NCBI GenBank assembly: GCA_050260915.1
Contig: JBLNCT010000114.1
Coordinates: forward strand, 3,220 to 67,219
Source of the DNA: Parcubacteria group bacterium
GTDB taxonomy: Bacteria; Pseudomonadota; Alphaproteobacteria; Caulobacterales; Caulobacteraceae
Length of the DNA stretch: 64,000 nt
Direction of reading: 5' to 3'
Part shown: positions 18,863-27,465 of the stretch, piece after piece
Layout of the letters: the number at the start of each line of letters is the position of its first letter
Position numbering within the stretch: the stretch's first letter is position 1
Made by a program: the position numbers and the translations under genes
The notes under the pieces: model-generated
Seen by the model: the letters and a program-made list of their open reading frames with translations, nothing else
What the model was told of the DNA's origin: nothing
Databases searched by the model: none

Positions 18863-18980
18863 CGTCATCCCACGGTCGGCTGAAAGCCGATCCGGGGGAC
18901 CCAAGCGGCGCACCTTATCTTGCACTGCAGCTTGGGTCCCCCGGACGTCACCCGCTTCGCAGGTTCGCCGGGGGATGACG
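18863..18980. repeat. Palindromic intergenic repeat (CGTCATCCC ... GGGATGACG)
   Basis: Terminal inverted repeats plus internal ccgggggaccca / tgggtcccccgg arms. Confidence 0.7.
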
Positions 18981-18992
18981 CGGCTTTGATTG

Positions 18993-19060
18993 TCCGGTTT
19001 CGGTCCCCTTCGAAACACGGATCAACTGGGCGGCCGCTCCCCAGCGGCCGCCTTTTTCTT
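18993..19060 (+). ncRNA. Conserved TBDR 3' element copy 4 plus terminator
   Basis: tccg-gtttcg-gtcccctt-cgaaac-a-cgga (stem changed but still paired), then ggcggccgct-cccc-agcggccgcc-tttttctt. Confidence 0.55.
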
Positions 19061-19114
19061 CGTTGGGGCCGGTGAGGTTGTCCCCGTCGTCCGCGGCAGC
19101 CCTACACTGGGGCG

Positions 19115-19222
19115 ATGACCCATCTTATCCCCGCCCTCGCGAAATCCCCCTACGTGCGCGCGCATCGCATCGCGCGTGCGCAATACGCCCGCCCCTCCGT
19201 CCGGCCGCGCGCGCGACCCGGT
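19115..19222 (+). repeat. Duplicated ~110-bp intergenic segment, copy B
   Basis: Homologous to 604-722. Confidence 0.55.
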
Positions 19223-20268
19223 CACTGGTCGGCGAAGGCGCAGCCGTCGATGGAGGCGATGAAGTCGGGGCCGAAGACCTTCGACGGGGTCTGGAAGCCG
19301 GGCTTGGCGGCGCCGGCCAGCACTCGCTGGACGATCTCCAGGGAGGTGAGGGCTGTCAGGGTGTACCCCTCCGGCGTGGCCAGGCGGGAGACCGCCTTGT
19401 CGCCCGCGTCATTCACGGCCTCGCCGATCAGCACGGCCTTGCCGGCGGCGCGCTCCTGCGGCGTCGGGCCCTCGGGCATGCGGTCGATGGCGCGTTTGAG
19501 CAGGGCCTGCATGGGCCGGCGGCTGAGCAGCCAGCGCATGAAGCCGTTCAGCCTGGCCATCTGCTCCATCTGCGGCGCGGCTTCGAAGTAGACGGTGATG
19601 TCCGGCACGCCCGTCGAGTACCAGGCGCTCGCCACATCGCCCCAGCCGACGGCGATGCCGGGCCTCGGCCCCTCGCCAAAGTCGAACGCCCGGCGCGGCG
19701 GCGGCCAGGCGGTCTCGATGGCCCCGCCCCGGCGCACCCGCACCGGATTGCCGACGCTCTCGATGCTGGACTTCAGCGTTCCGCGCGAGGCCTTCTCCAA
19801 CCCGCCGATGGCCAGCGTCAGCTTCGTCGGGTTCTTCACCCGCCCCGCGACCCGCGCCGCCAGACAGTCGCTAGGGACCACGTCGAAGCCTACGCCCGGC
19901 ATCAGCATCACGCCCTCCGCCGCCGCCTCGTTCGACCGCGCCGCCAGCGCTTCGATCACCGCGATCTCCCCGGTAATGTCGAGGTAATGCGCCTTGTTGC
20001 GGATGCAGGCGTCGGCCATCTGGCGCGAGGTCGCCGAGAAGGGCCCGGCGATGTGCAGGACCACCTCGATCCCCGCCAGCGCCCGGTCCAGCGCGGCCGG
20101 GTCGTTGATGTCCGCCGCCTGCCACTCGAACCCAAGCGGCTCGGCGACGGCGCGGACCTTCTCCGCATTTCGCCCGGCCAGCACCGGCGCCATGCCGATG
20201 GCCTTGGCCCGTTCGGCGACCAGCTTCCCCGTGTAGCCGGTCGCCCCGTAGATCAGCACGCCCCCCAT
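19222..20268 (-). CDS. Saccharopine dehydrogenase-like NAD(P)-binding oxidoreductase
   Basis: IYGATGYTG Rossmann motif, AGPFSAT, HYLDITGE, GVGFDVVPSDCL. Confidence 0.88.
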   Translation of the reverse strand: MGGVLIYGATGYTGKLVAERAKAIGMAPVLAGRNAEKVRAVAEPLGFEWQAADINDPAALDRALAGIEVVLHIAGPFSATSRQMADACIRNKAHYLDITGEIAVIEALAARSNEAAAEGVMLMPGVGFDVVPSDCLAARVAGRVKNPTKLTLAIGGLEKASRGTLKSSIESVGNPVRVRRGGAIETAWPPPRRAFDFGEGPRPGIAVGWGDVASAWYSTGVPDITVYFEAAPQMEQMARLNGFMRWLLSRRPMQALLKRAIDRMPEGPTPQERAAGKAVLIGEAVNDAGDKAVSRLATPEGYTLTALTSLEIVQRVLAGAAKPGFQTPSKVFGPDFIASIDGCAFADQ

Positions 20269-20280
20269 GCGCTTGTCCCC

Positions 20281-21081
20281 TCACATGTCCCAGATTGATC
20301 GGAACCCCGCCTCGCTGCGTAGCAGCTGGTAGGGCGCCTTCTTGTCGATGTGGCCGATCAGGCCGTTGTAGACGCCGTAGCCGACCAGCTCCTGCAGCCT
20401 CGGCTCAAAGGTCTTCACCAGCTCCGGCGAGAGGCCGAGCTGCTGGTTCTCCTGCTGGCGGATGAAGCCCGCGCAATAGTTCATGGCGATGCCGGTGCGG
20501 CGCTTCTCGGTCTTGTTCGCCCCGCCGCCGTGCCACAGCGCCCCGTCCCAGATCAGCACCGACCCCTTCGCCATCTCGGCCGGGATCGTCTCATAGTCGC
20601 CGCCGTAGGTTGGGTTCGCCTTGGTGTGCGAGCCGGGGACCAGCCGCGTCGCGCCGTTGGCGTCAGTGAAGTCGGTCAGCGCCCACATGGAATTGCAGAC
20701 GATCGGCCGGTGCGGCTTGTCCAGCGGGATCACCATGTCGTCGGCATGGATCGGCTGGGCGCTCTCGCCGGGATCGATGGCGATGGAGGAGAGGGAGGAG
20801 ATCAGGCAGCCGGGGTCCAGCACGCCCTCGATCACCGGCAGCACATTCTGATGCACCGGGATCTTCGTGAACGGCTCGCCATAGGCCAGCAGGTTGTAGA
20901 TGCGGACGGTGTGGTGGCCCTCGAACAGGTTCATCGCGGGCTTGGCCGACAGCTCCCGCTCCAGCCGGTCCAGCGCTTCGTTCAGCGCGTCGACCAGGTC
21001 CGCCTCGATGGCGTTCTCGACGATGGTGAAGCCGTCGCGGCGGATGTTCTCCAGGTGCGTCTCGCGGGCCGTCTCATCCAT
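20281..21081 (-). CDS. Phytanoyl-CoA dioxygenase (PhyH) family Fe(II)/2OG enzyme
   Basis: Start reassigned to ATG 21081; QPIHADD (HxD), GATRLVPGSH, WHGGGAN. Confidence 0.88.
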   Translation of the reverse strand: MDETARETHLENIRRDGFTIVENAIEADLVDALNEALDRLERELSAKPAMNLFEGHHTVRIYNLLAYGEPFTKIPVHQNVLPVIEGVLDPGCLISSLSSIAIDPGESAQPIHADDMVIPLDKPHRPIVCNSMWALTDFTDANGATRLVPGSHTKANPTYGGDYETIPAEMAKGSVLIWDGALWHGGGANKTEKRRTGIAMNYCAGFIRQQENQQLGLSPELVKTFEPRLQELVGYGVYNGLIGHIDKKAPYQLLRSEAGFRSIWDM

Positions 21082-22489
21082 AGGCGTTCGCCTTCCACTG
21101 GTCGAAGCGGGCCAGCGCCTCCTCGGGGGAGAGGCGCGGCTCGTAGGTCCTGTCATAGGTCGCGAAGTTTGCGGTCTCCTCGGGGCCGAGCAGCCCCACG
21201 CCCCGCGCCGCGCAGATGGCCGCGCCCGCCGCCGTCGCCTCGCGGAGCGCATGTCGCTGGACCGGCAGGCCCAGGATATCCGCCTGCGCCTGCATCAGCG
21301 CATCCGAGTTGGTCATCCCGCCGTCGACCCGCAGCGCCTCCGGCCGCGTCAGCCCCGCCCCGTCATAGACCGCGTCGAACGCCTCCCGCACCCTGCAGGC
21401 GAGGCCGTCCACCGCCGCCCGGACCAGATGGCCGGCCGTCGTGGCGGTGGCTAGCCCGCCGATGGAGCCCTTCCGCGAGAAGTCTCCGTGCGGCGCGCCA
21501 AGGCCCTGCAGCGAGGGCAGGAACCAGGCGCCGGCCGCATCGGGGGTCTCCTCCGCCAGCCGTTCGAACTCCGCGTGGTCTTCGATCCCGAACGTCCGCC
21601 GGAACCAGTCGAACGCAGAGCCCGCGGTGATGACCATGCCCTCCAGGCAGAACCGCGTGCGGCCGCTCACCGACGACAGCACGAACGGCGGCGTGGTCAT
21701 GTTGACGAACTTCAGCTCGTCGCCCGTCGAGACGTTCAGCGTCGCCGAGGTGCCGTAGGTGACCTTGCCCGCGCCCGCCGCCTCGCAGCCGTGGCCGATG
21801 AGGGCGCTCTGCTGGTCGGCGACGACGGCGGCGATGGGGACCTCGGCGCCCAGCGCGCTCGCAGGGCCCATGACGCCCCAGGTGTCGACGAGCTCGGGGA
21901 AGCTGGCGGGATCGAGCCCCTGGTGCTGCATCAGCCCCTCGTTCCACCCAAGCGTGGCGAGGTCGAGATAGCCCATCGGCCAAGCCTGGCTGCGGTCCGT
22001 GGCGTGCACCTGGCCCCGGCTCAGGTTCCAGATGATCCACGCATCGACATTGCCCCATGCCAGGTTCGAGCGGTCGGCGATCCCCGCGACCACGCCCTCC
22101 AGCTTGGCGGCCGCCTGCTGCGGCATGACCATGTAGCCGGCCTGCTGCAGCTCGGTCGCGCGGGCCGCGCCGCGCAGGTCGCTCCACACCACCACGGGCG
22201 CGAGCGGCCGGCCCGTCACGCGATCCCAGCAGACGATGCTCGCTCGCTGCGAGGTGACGCCGATGGCGGCGAGGTCGGCCGCGGAGGCGCGCGCCCTCGC
22301 CAGCGCCGCGTCGATCACTTCCCGCGTCGAGCGCACCAGCGAGGCGGCGTCCTGCTCGACCTGTCCGGGGCGTTCGGAGACGGACTGGACCGGCGTCGAG
22401 GCCAGCGCCTTCAGCTCCCCGCCGGGTGTGAAGATCACCGCGCTCAGCGAGGTCGTGCCAATGTCGAGGGCGAGGATCAGGTCAGGCAT
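21074..22489 (-). CDS. FGGY-family carbohydrate kinase (glycerol kinase-like)
   Basis: ALDIGTTS, IGVTSQRAS..WD, ADQQSAL.G, KVTYGTS, LRVDGG. Confidence 0.9.
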   Translation of the reverse strand: MPDLILALDIGTTSLSAVIFTPGGELKALASTPVQSVSERPGQVEQDAASLVRSTREVIDAALARARASAADLAAIGVTSQRASIVCWDRVTGRPLAPVVVWSDLRGAARATELQQAGYMVMPQQAAAKLEGVVAGIADRSNLAWGNVDAWIIWNLSRGQVHATDRSQAWPMGYLDLATLGWNEGLMQHQGLDPASFPELVDTWGVMGPASALGAEVPIAAVVADQQSALIGHGCEAAGAGKVTYGTSATLNVSTGDELKFVNMTTPPFVLSSVSGRTRFCLEGMVITAGSAFDWFRRTFGIEDHAEFERLAEETPDAAGAWFLPSLQGLGAPHGDFSRKGSIGGLATATTAGHLVRAAVDGLACRVREAFDAVYDGAGLTRPEALRVDGGMTNSDALMQAQADILGLPVQRHALREATAAGAAICAARGVGLLGPEETANFATYDRTYEPRLSPEEALARFDQWKANAYG

Positions 22490-23873
22490 CGGGCAGCAGC
22501 ACCCCAGGGTTCATGATCCCGTTCGGATCGAGCGCCGACTTTATCTTGCGCAGCAGCGCCACGCCCGTCTCTCCGAGCTCGCGCGTGAGGTAGCCGCGCC
22601 GCACGCGGCCGATGCCATGGTGGTGCGAGAGGCTGCCGGCGTGCCGGTCGGTGGCCTCCATGATCCGCCGCCAGCCGTCGTGATAGACGGCCTCCATCTT
22701 CGCCGGATCGCTCACCGCCACCGCGAAGGTGAAGTAGAGGTTCAGCCCGCTGCGATAAACGTGGCTGGAGTGGGCCGAACCCGCTAGCACGCCCTCGACG
22801 TCCGCCAGGGACCTGGTGGCGTCGTCATAGACATCGCCGATCTTCGTCCAGTCGGCGGAGACCTCGACGGTATCCAGCACGATGTTCCGCTGCAGGAAGA
22901 TGTCCCAGCTCGGCACTGAGTTGCGGTGGCCAAGCCAGTGCTCGACGATGCTCTCCGGGCCGGCGACCAGGCCGAAGCGGCCGGCCAGTTCCGTGACCGC
23001 CGCCTTCTCCGCTTCGACAAGCGCGCGGGGGCCTTCGTGCACCATGATGACGGTGCAGTCCTGGGCCAGCGTGTTCAGCCGGGCGGTCTCGCGCTCGTCG
23101 TACTGGCGCATGACCGGCGGCGCCCAGCCGCGTTGCACGACCTCGCGCTGGAACTCGAAGCCGGCTCGCATGTCCGGCGCGAAGAAGCAGGAGAAGGCCC
23201 GGGCCTCCGGCGCGCGGCGCAGCGAGAAGGTGACGCCGGTGATCACCCCCAGCGTCCCCTCCGACCCCAGCATCAGGTGGCGCAGGTCAGGACCGGACGA
23301 TTGCCGCGGTCCCTTGCCGAGCGTCACCAGCGAGCCGTCGGGCAACACCGCTTCGACCGAATGGACGATGCCCTCGATGTTGCCGTAAGCCGTCGAGAAC
23401 TGGCCCGACGCCCGTGTTGCAATCCAGCCGCCGACGCTGCTCACCGCTACCGACTGCGGCCAATGGCCGATGGTCAGGCCCTGGCCTGCGACCTCATTCT
23501 CCGCCTCCAAGCCGTTCTTGCCCGCATCGAAGCTCGCCAGCAGGTTCACCGGGTCGATGGAGCGCGTGGCGTTCATCGACGACATATCGAGCAGGATGGC
23601 GTCCGGCGAGGCGACCACGCCGCCGACCACGCCGCTGCCGAGGCCGAAGGGGATGACCGGCGTCTTCGTGTCGTTGGCGATCTTCAGAAGCGCCTGCACG
23701 TCGGCCACGCTGGCCGGCCGCACCACGCAGGCGGGCTCCGGCCCCGGCTGGCCGATGTGGTCGCGGACGTGGCTCGCCACCCAGTAGTCGTGGCGGCGGG
23801 CGTTTAGCACCTCCGGGTCTGTCGAGACTCGCTCGCCCAAGACCGACCGCAGTTTTGAAATCACATCACCCAA
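22482..23873 (-). CDS. FAD-binding oxidoreductase, alkylglycerone-phosphate synthase (AGPS)-like
   Basis: GHWPQS..VSSVGGWIATRASGQFST.YG, GPDLRHLMLGSEGTLGVIT, H.SHVY..G..LYFT, SHHHGIGR; TTG start with RBS aagggga. Confidence 0.85.
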   Translation of the reverse strand: MGDVISKLRSVLGERVSTDPEVLNARRHDYWVASHVRDHIGQPGPEPACVVRPASVADVQALLKIANDTKTPVIPFGLGSGVVGGVVASPDAILLDMSSMNATRSIDPVNLLASFDAGKNGLEAENEVAGQGLTIGHWPQSVAVSSVGGWIATRASGQFSTAYGNIEGIVHSVEAVLPDGSLVTLGKGPRQSSGPDLRHLMLGSEGTLGVITGVTFSLRRAPEARAFSCFFAPDMRAGFEFQREVVQRGWAPPVMRQYDERETARLNTLAQDCTVIMVHEGPRALVEAEKAAVTELAGRFGLVAGPESIVEHWLGHRNSVPSWDIFLQRNIVLDTVEVSADWTKIGDVYDDATRSLADVEGVLAGSAHSSHVYRSGLNLYFTFAVAVSDPAKMEAVYHDGWRRIMEATDRHAGSLSHHHGIGRVRRGYLTRELGETGVALLRKIKSALDPNGIMNPGVLLPDA

Positions 23874-23887
23874 ACTGTCCCCCTTAC

Positions 23888-23983
23888 CCGCTCATTCCCG
23901 CGAAAGCGGGAACCCAGGCTTTTTCTGAAACGCACCGCTCTACGACAAAAAACCTGGGTCCCCGCTTTCGCGAGGATGAGCGG
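23888..23983. repeat. Palindromic repeat (CATTCCCGCGAAAGCGGGAA type) overlapping the glpD 3' end
   Basis: Arms ccgctcattcccgcgaaagcgggaacccagg and cctgggtccccgctttcgcgaggatgagcgg. Confidence 0.8.
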
Positions 23984-25556
23984 AAGATTGGAAGCTCATG
24001 CTGGTCTCATGGATAGACCGGCAGTGCTGGACTTGCTGCTCGCGTTCGGAGTCCGACCAGCTGAGCAGCTCGCCCATCACCCGCGATGCGCCCTCCAGCG
24101 CACCGATCCCCGCATCATGGTCGAACCAGGCGCGGGCGCTGCGGCGGACCCAGTAATCCTCGAGTCTCAGCGCCCCCTCGAACAGCACGGCGCGCTTCGC
24201 CTCGGCCTCAGGCCCGCCCACCACTTCCGGCGCTTCCGACCCGTACAGCTGCACCAGCCGTTCGGCTTCGACCTCCGACAGTCCCTCAGCGCGCAGCTGC
24301 TGCGTCACGGCCGCCACATTCACGTCCCCGCTGACCAGCGGCGTCTTCGCGGTCACCGATTTGGTCGCCTTGCCTCCCAGCGCCTTCTGGACCATGTCGA
24401 CCACGTCCTGCGCCATCTGGCGGTAGGCGGTCAGCTTGCCGCCGGCGATGGACAGCATCTCTCCAGGCCCGGTCCAGATCTCGTCCTTGCGGGAGATGTC
24501 GGAGGGGTTCTTGCCTTCCTCCGCCACCAGCGGCCGCACGCCCGACCACGCCGAGGTCAGGTCGCCGTAGGTCAGTCTGGGCGTGGTGAACCGCGCCGCG
24601 ACCGCATCCAGCAGGTAGTCGACATCCGCCGTCTCGATCCGCGGCCAGTAGTCGGCGCCTTCGTAGAAGGTGTCGGTGGTGCCGATGTAGGTCATGTCGC
24701 GCTTGGGCACGGCGAAGATCGAGCGCTTGTCCGGCGTGGAGATCACGACCGTGCGGCTGATCGGCAGCTTCGCGCTGGGGAGCGCCAGGTGGATGCCCTT
24801 GGTCAGCGCCAGCCGCTTGGGCGCGCCTCGGTCCTCCAGCTGGCGCAGGCTGTCCACCCACGGCCCGGCGGCGTTGACCACCACCTTCGCCCGCACCCGC
24901 GCGCCGCCGTTTCCGCCGAGCCCGTCGCCGACGACCGCCCCCACCACATGCCCGCCCTCGACCAGCAGCTCGGTCACCGGCGCATAGTTCGCCGCCACAG
25001 CGCCATAGACGGTGGCGCTGCGCACGTTCGCCAGCGTCAGCCGCGCGTCGTCGGTCAGGTACTCGGGATAGACGATGGCGCCGGCCAGGTCATCGACCCG
25101 CATGGCCGGCTCCTGCCGCGCCAGCTCCTCCCGCGACCAGGTCTCGTGCTTGCGGTCCTTGGCGACCCCGCCGAGCTTTTCGAAGGTCCAGAGCCCCGCG
25201 TTCAGCTTGGCGATGCCGGCCATGTTCTTTGCAGGCACGATGAAGGGCGTGAGCTTCGTCAGGTGCGGCGCGATGGCCTCGACCGCCTTGCGCTCCGAGG
25301 CCGCCTCGCGGACCAGCGCCAGGTCGCCCTGCGCCAGGTATCGCAGCCCCCCGTGGATCATCTTCGACGAGCGCGACGAGGTGCCCGACGCGAAGTCCCG
25401 AGCCTCGACCAGCGCCACCTTCAACCCGCGCATGGCCGCGTCGCGGGCCACGCCAGCGCCGGTCACCCCGCCGCCGATCACCAGCAGGTCGAAGGTCCCG
25501 GCCTCCAGGCTCGCGAACACCTTCGCGCGGTCGCGGAAATCGAGGGCGCCTTGCAT
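23940..25556 (-). CDS. glpD: FAD-dependent glycerol-3-phosphate dehydrogenase/oxidase
   Basis: IGGGVTGAG, DFASGTSSRSSKMIHGGLRYL, TDDARL, GVRPL, GGKLTAYR. Start reassigned to ATG 25556 (RBS gggaga). Confidence 0.9.
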   Translation of the reverse strand: MQGALDFRDRAKVFASLEAGTFDLLVIGGGVTGAGVARDAAMRGLKVALVEARDFASGTSSRSSKMIHGGLRYLAQGDLALVREAASERKAVEAIAPHLTKLTPFIVPAKNMAGIAKLNAGLWTFEKLGGVAKDRKHETWSREELARQEPAMRVDDLAGAIVYPEYLTDDARLTLANVRSATVYGAVAANYAPVTELLVEGGHVVGAVVGDGLGGNGGARVRAKVVVNAAGPWVDSLRQLEDRGAPKRLALTKGIHLALPSAKLPISRTVVISTPDKRSIFAVPKRDMTYIGTTDTFYEGADYWPRIETADVDYLLDAVAARFTTPRLTYGDLTSAWSGVRPLVAEEGKNPSDISRKDEIWTGPGEMLSIAGGKLTAYRQMAQDVVDMVQKALGGKATKSVTAKTPLVSGDVNVAAVTQQLRAEGLSEVEAERLVQLYGSEAPEVVGGPEAEAKRAVLFEGALRLEDYWVRRSARAWFDHDAGIGALEGASRVMGELLSWSDSEREQQVQHCRSIHETSMSFQSSAHPRESGDPGFLS

Positions 25557-25654
25557 GTCTCTCCCGTCGGGTTGCTTCGTTGAACAACCCTGCAACGCAT
25601 CTGACAGGGATGCGGGGGCGATGTCATTAGTGACGCTAGCGTCAACCTTGCGCC

Positions 25655-25680
25655 GGAACGGCTAGGCTCCGGCGCCCGTT
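25655..25680 (+). promoter_or_regulatory. SigT/EcfG general-stress promoter
   Basis: GGAAC-N17-CGTT, the established alphaproteobacterial EcfG consensus. Confidence 0.7.
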
Positions 25681-25714
25681 ATGCGCGCAACACTTCTCAC
25701 TGGAGGGCCAGATC

Positions 25715-26023
25715 ATGGCGACCGAACGAGTGACTGAGCGCAGCGACGGCGCGACCACCGAGCGCGTCGTCGAACGGGACGGCGGCGGCACGACCGTCGT
25801 ACGCGAAGGCGGCGGCGGGGCCGGCCTGCTGATCGCGCTGGCGGTGATCGTGCTGGTGGCGATCGCGGCGTGGTTCCTGTTCAACTCCGCCCGCAACGAC
25901 AACCTGCAGACCTCGGCCGTGACCGGCGCGGCTTCGGACGTGAGCCAGGCGGCGAGCAGCGCAGCCAGCAGCGTCTCCGGCGCGGCGCAACAGACCGCTG
26001 ACGCCGCCAACCCGAACAAGTAG
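25715..26023 (+). CDS. Small single-pass membrane protein, unknown function
   Basis: RBS ggagg; repeated TTERVVER segment, one TM helix, Ala/Ser-rich tail; SigT promoter upstream. Confidence 0.75.
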   Translation: MATERVTERSDGATTERVVERDGGGTTVVREGGGGAGLLIALAVIVLVAIAAWFLFNSARNDNLQTSAVTGAASDVSQAASSAASSVSGAAQQTADAANPNK

Positions 26024-26026
26024 CGG

Positions 26027-27430
26027 TCAGTCGATCTTGAGCCGCAGGAAGACAGTCCCCGCCGTGGGACTGTCGTAGCCGAGCGCGTCCGGCGCATCGA
26101 AGGCGCTGACCTGCGCGCCGAAACCGACCTTCACCTTCTCCGCCACGCGGAAGTCGCGGATCGCGCCCACCGACACCTTGCGCACGGTGTAGATCGGCCC
26201 GTGCTCCTCGCCCGAGAGCTCGTCCTGCTGCACCTGCTCGGCGCGGGTGAAGAAGGTCCAGGCGTCGTTGGGCATCAGCTCGGCTTCGAGCAGCGTCCCG
26301 TCCAGCGCCGGGCCGGGGACCTTGTCCTTGCGCGCCCAGGCGGCGGTGGCGGCGAAGGTCCCGTGGTCTCCGAACGGTCGGACGTACATGGCGCTGGCCG
26401 AGACGCGGCGCTCGCCGTGGTCCGGCTCCAGCGCCTCGGGGCTCTTGATCGATGCCCAGCTCGTCTGGAAGGCCCAGTTGGCGGTCGGGTTGAAGCTGAT
26501 CCGGGCTGACGAGGAGTCGAGGTCGCCGGTCTCGATGTCGAAACGGTTCTGGTCGGGCTCGCGGCCCCGGAAGCGCGAGGCGTCGACCTTCCACTTGTCC
26601 CAGACCAACCCTGCCGTCACCACGCCGAAGGTGATGTGGGTGGAGTCCAGCCAGTGGTGGGTGATCGGCGCTTCCACGATGTCGAGCCCCGAGGGGCGGT
26701 GCATGAAGGCCGGCGGCCCGAACGCCGGCTCCCCCGGCAGGCCGGCATAGACGAAGACGCTCTTCCGCAATCCGATCGGGTGGCTGTAGCTCGCCGAGAG
26801 CTCCATGAAGAGGTCATGCGGGTGCTGGCGGTCGATCAACGGATCGGCGCCATTGGCCGTCTCTCCGGCGGCCATCAGGAGCGGATAGCCGCTCTTGCCC
26901 ATGAAGGGGTCGGGACTGACCATGGCCCGCAGGCCCAACGTCCCGCCGCCCAGAGGCCGCTGCGCCATGGCGCCGACCATCCCGCTGACGAACGCCTTTT
27001 CGCCGCCCCGCGGCCCGCCCTGATCCGTATAGGCCAGGTTCAGCAGCGCGTGGCTCATGACCATCCAGCCGCCGCTCATCGCGTGGACGCCGCTCATCGG
27101 TGAGGCGTCCGGAACCCAGCTGGTGCCGGAGCCGTCGCGGTAGGCCTCGTACGGTCCAAGCGCGCTTTCGGGGACATGCATCATCGACATGGCCTCCTCG
27201 TGCGTCGTGCCCTGCGCCATGTCGCGGTGGTCGGTCTCCGGCATGTCCATGTCCATCCCGCCCTCGCCGTGGACCATCTGGTCGTTGTCCATCGCGCCGT
27301 GATCGGGCGGCGGCTGGTCCTGGGCGGGAGCAGGATGCTCCATCCCCGGCATGCCGCTCATGTCCCGGGCGAAAGCGGGGGAGGCGAGGACGAGGGCGGT
27401 GGCGGAGGCGAGGGGGAGGATGATGCGCAT
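26027..27430 (-). CDS. Exported His/Met-rich protein, probable outer-membrane beta-barrel linked to metal (Cu) homeostasis
   Basis: Signal peptide; Met/His-rich N-terminus (MDMDM, HGAMD, HRDM); QHPHDLFMEL and HHWLDSTHI motifs; alternating beta-strand C-terminus. Confidence 0.7.
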   Translation of the reverse strand: MRIILPLASATALVLASPAFARDMSGMPGMEHPAPAQDQPPPDHGAMDNDQMVHGEGGMDMDMPETDHRDMAQGTTHEEAMSMMHVPESALGPYEAYRDGSGTSWVPDASPMSGVHAMSGGWMVMSHALLNLAYTDQGGPRGGEKAFVSGMVGAMAQRPLGGGTLGLRAMVSPDPFMGKSGYPLLMAAGETANGADPLIDRQHPHDLFMELSASYSHPIGLRKSVFVYAGLPGEPAFGPPAFMHRPSGLDIVEAPITHHWLDSTHITFGVVTAGLVWDKWKVDASRFRGREPDQNRFDIETGDLDSSSARISFNPTANWAFQTSWASIKSPEALEPDHGERRVSASAMYVRPFGDHGTFAATAAWARKDKVPGPALDGTLLEAELMPNDAWTFFTRAEQVQQDELSGEEHGPIYTVRKVSVGAIRDFRVAEKVKVGFGAQVSAFDAPDALGYDSPTAGTVFLRLKID

Positions 27431-27436
27431 GGCGTC

Positions 27437-27465
27437 GATGTATATACCCCATGGGGGTATGTCAA
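27437..27465 (-). promoter_or_regulatory. Sigma70-type promoter with a CsoR/RcnR-type operator in the spacer
   Basis: Minus strand TTGACA-N17-TACATC, 6 nt before the ATG (leaderless). The pseudo-palindrome ATACCCCATGGGGGTAT (27444-27460) matches the CsoR-family C/G-tract operator pattern. Confidence 0.75.
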
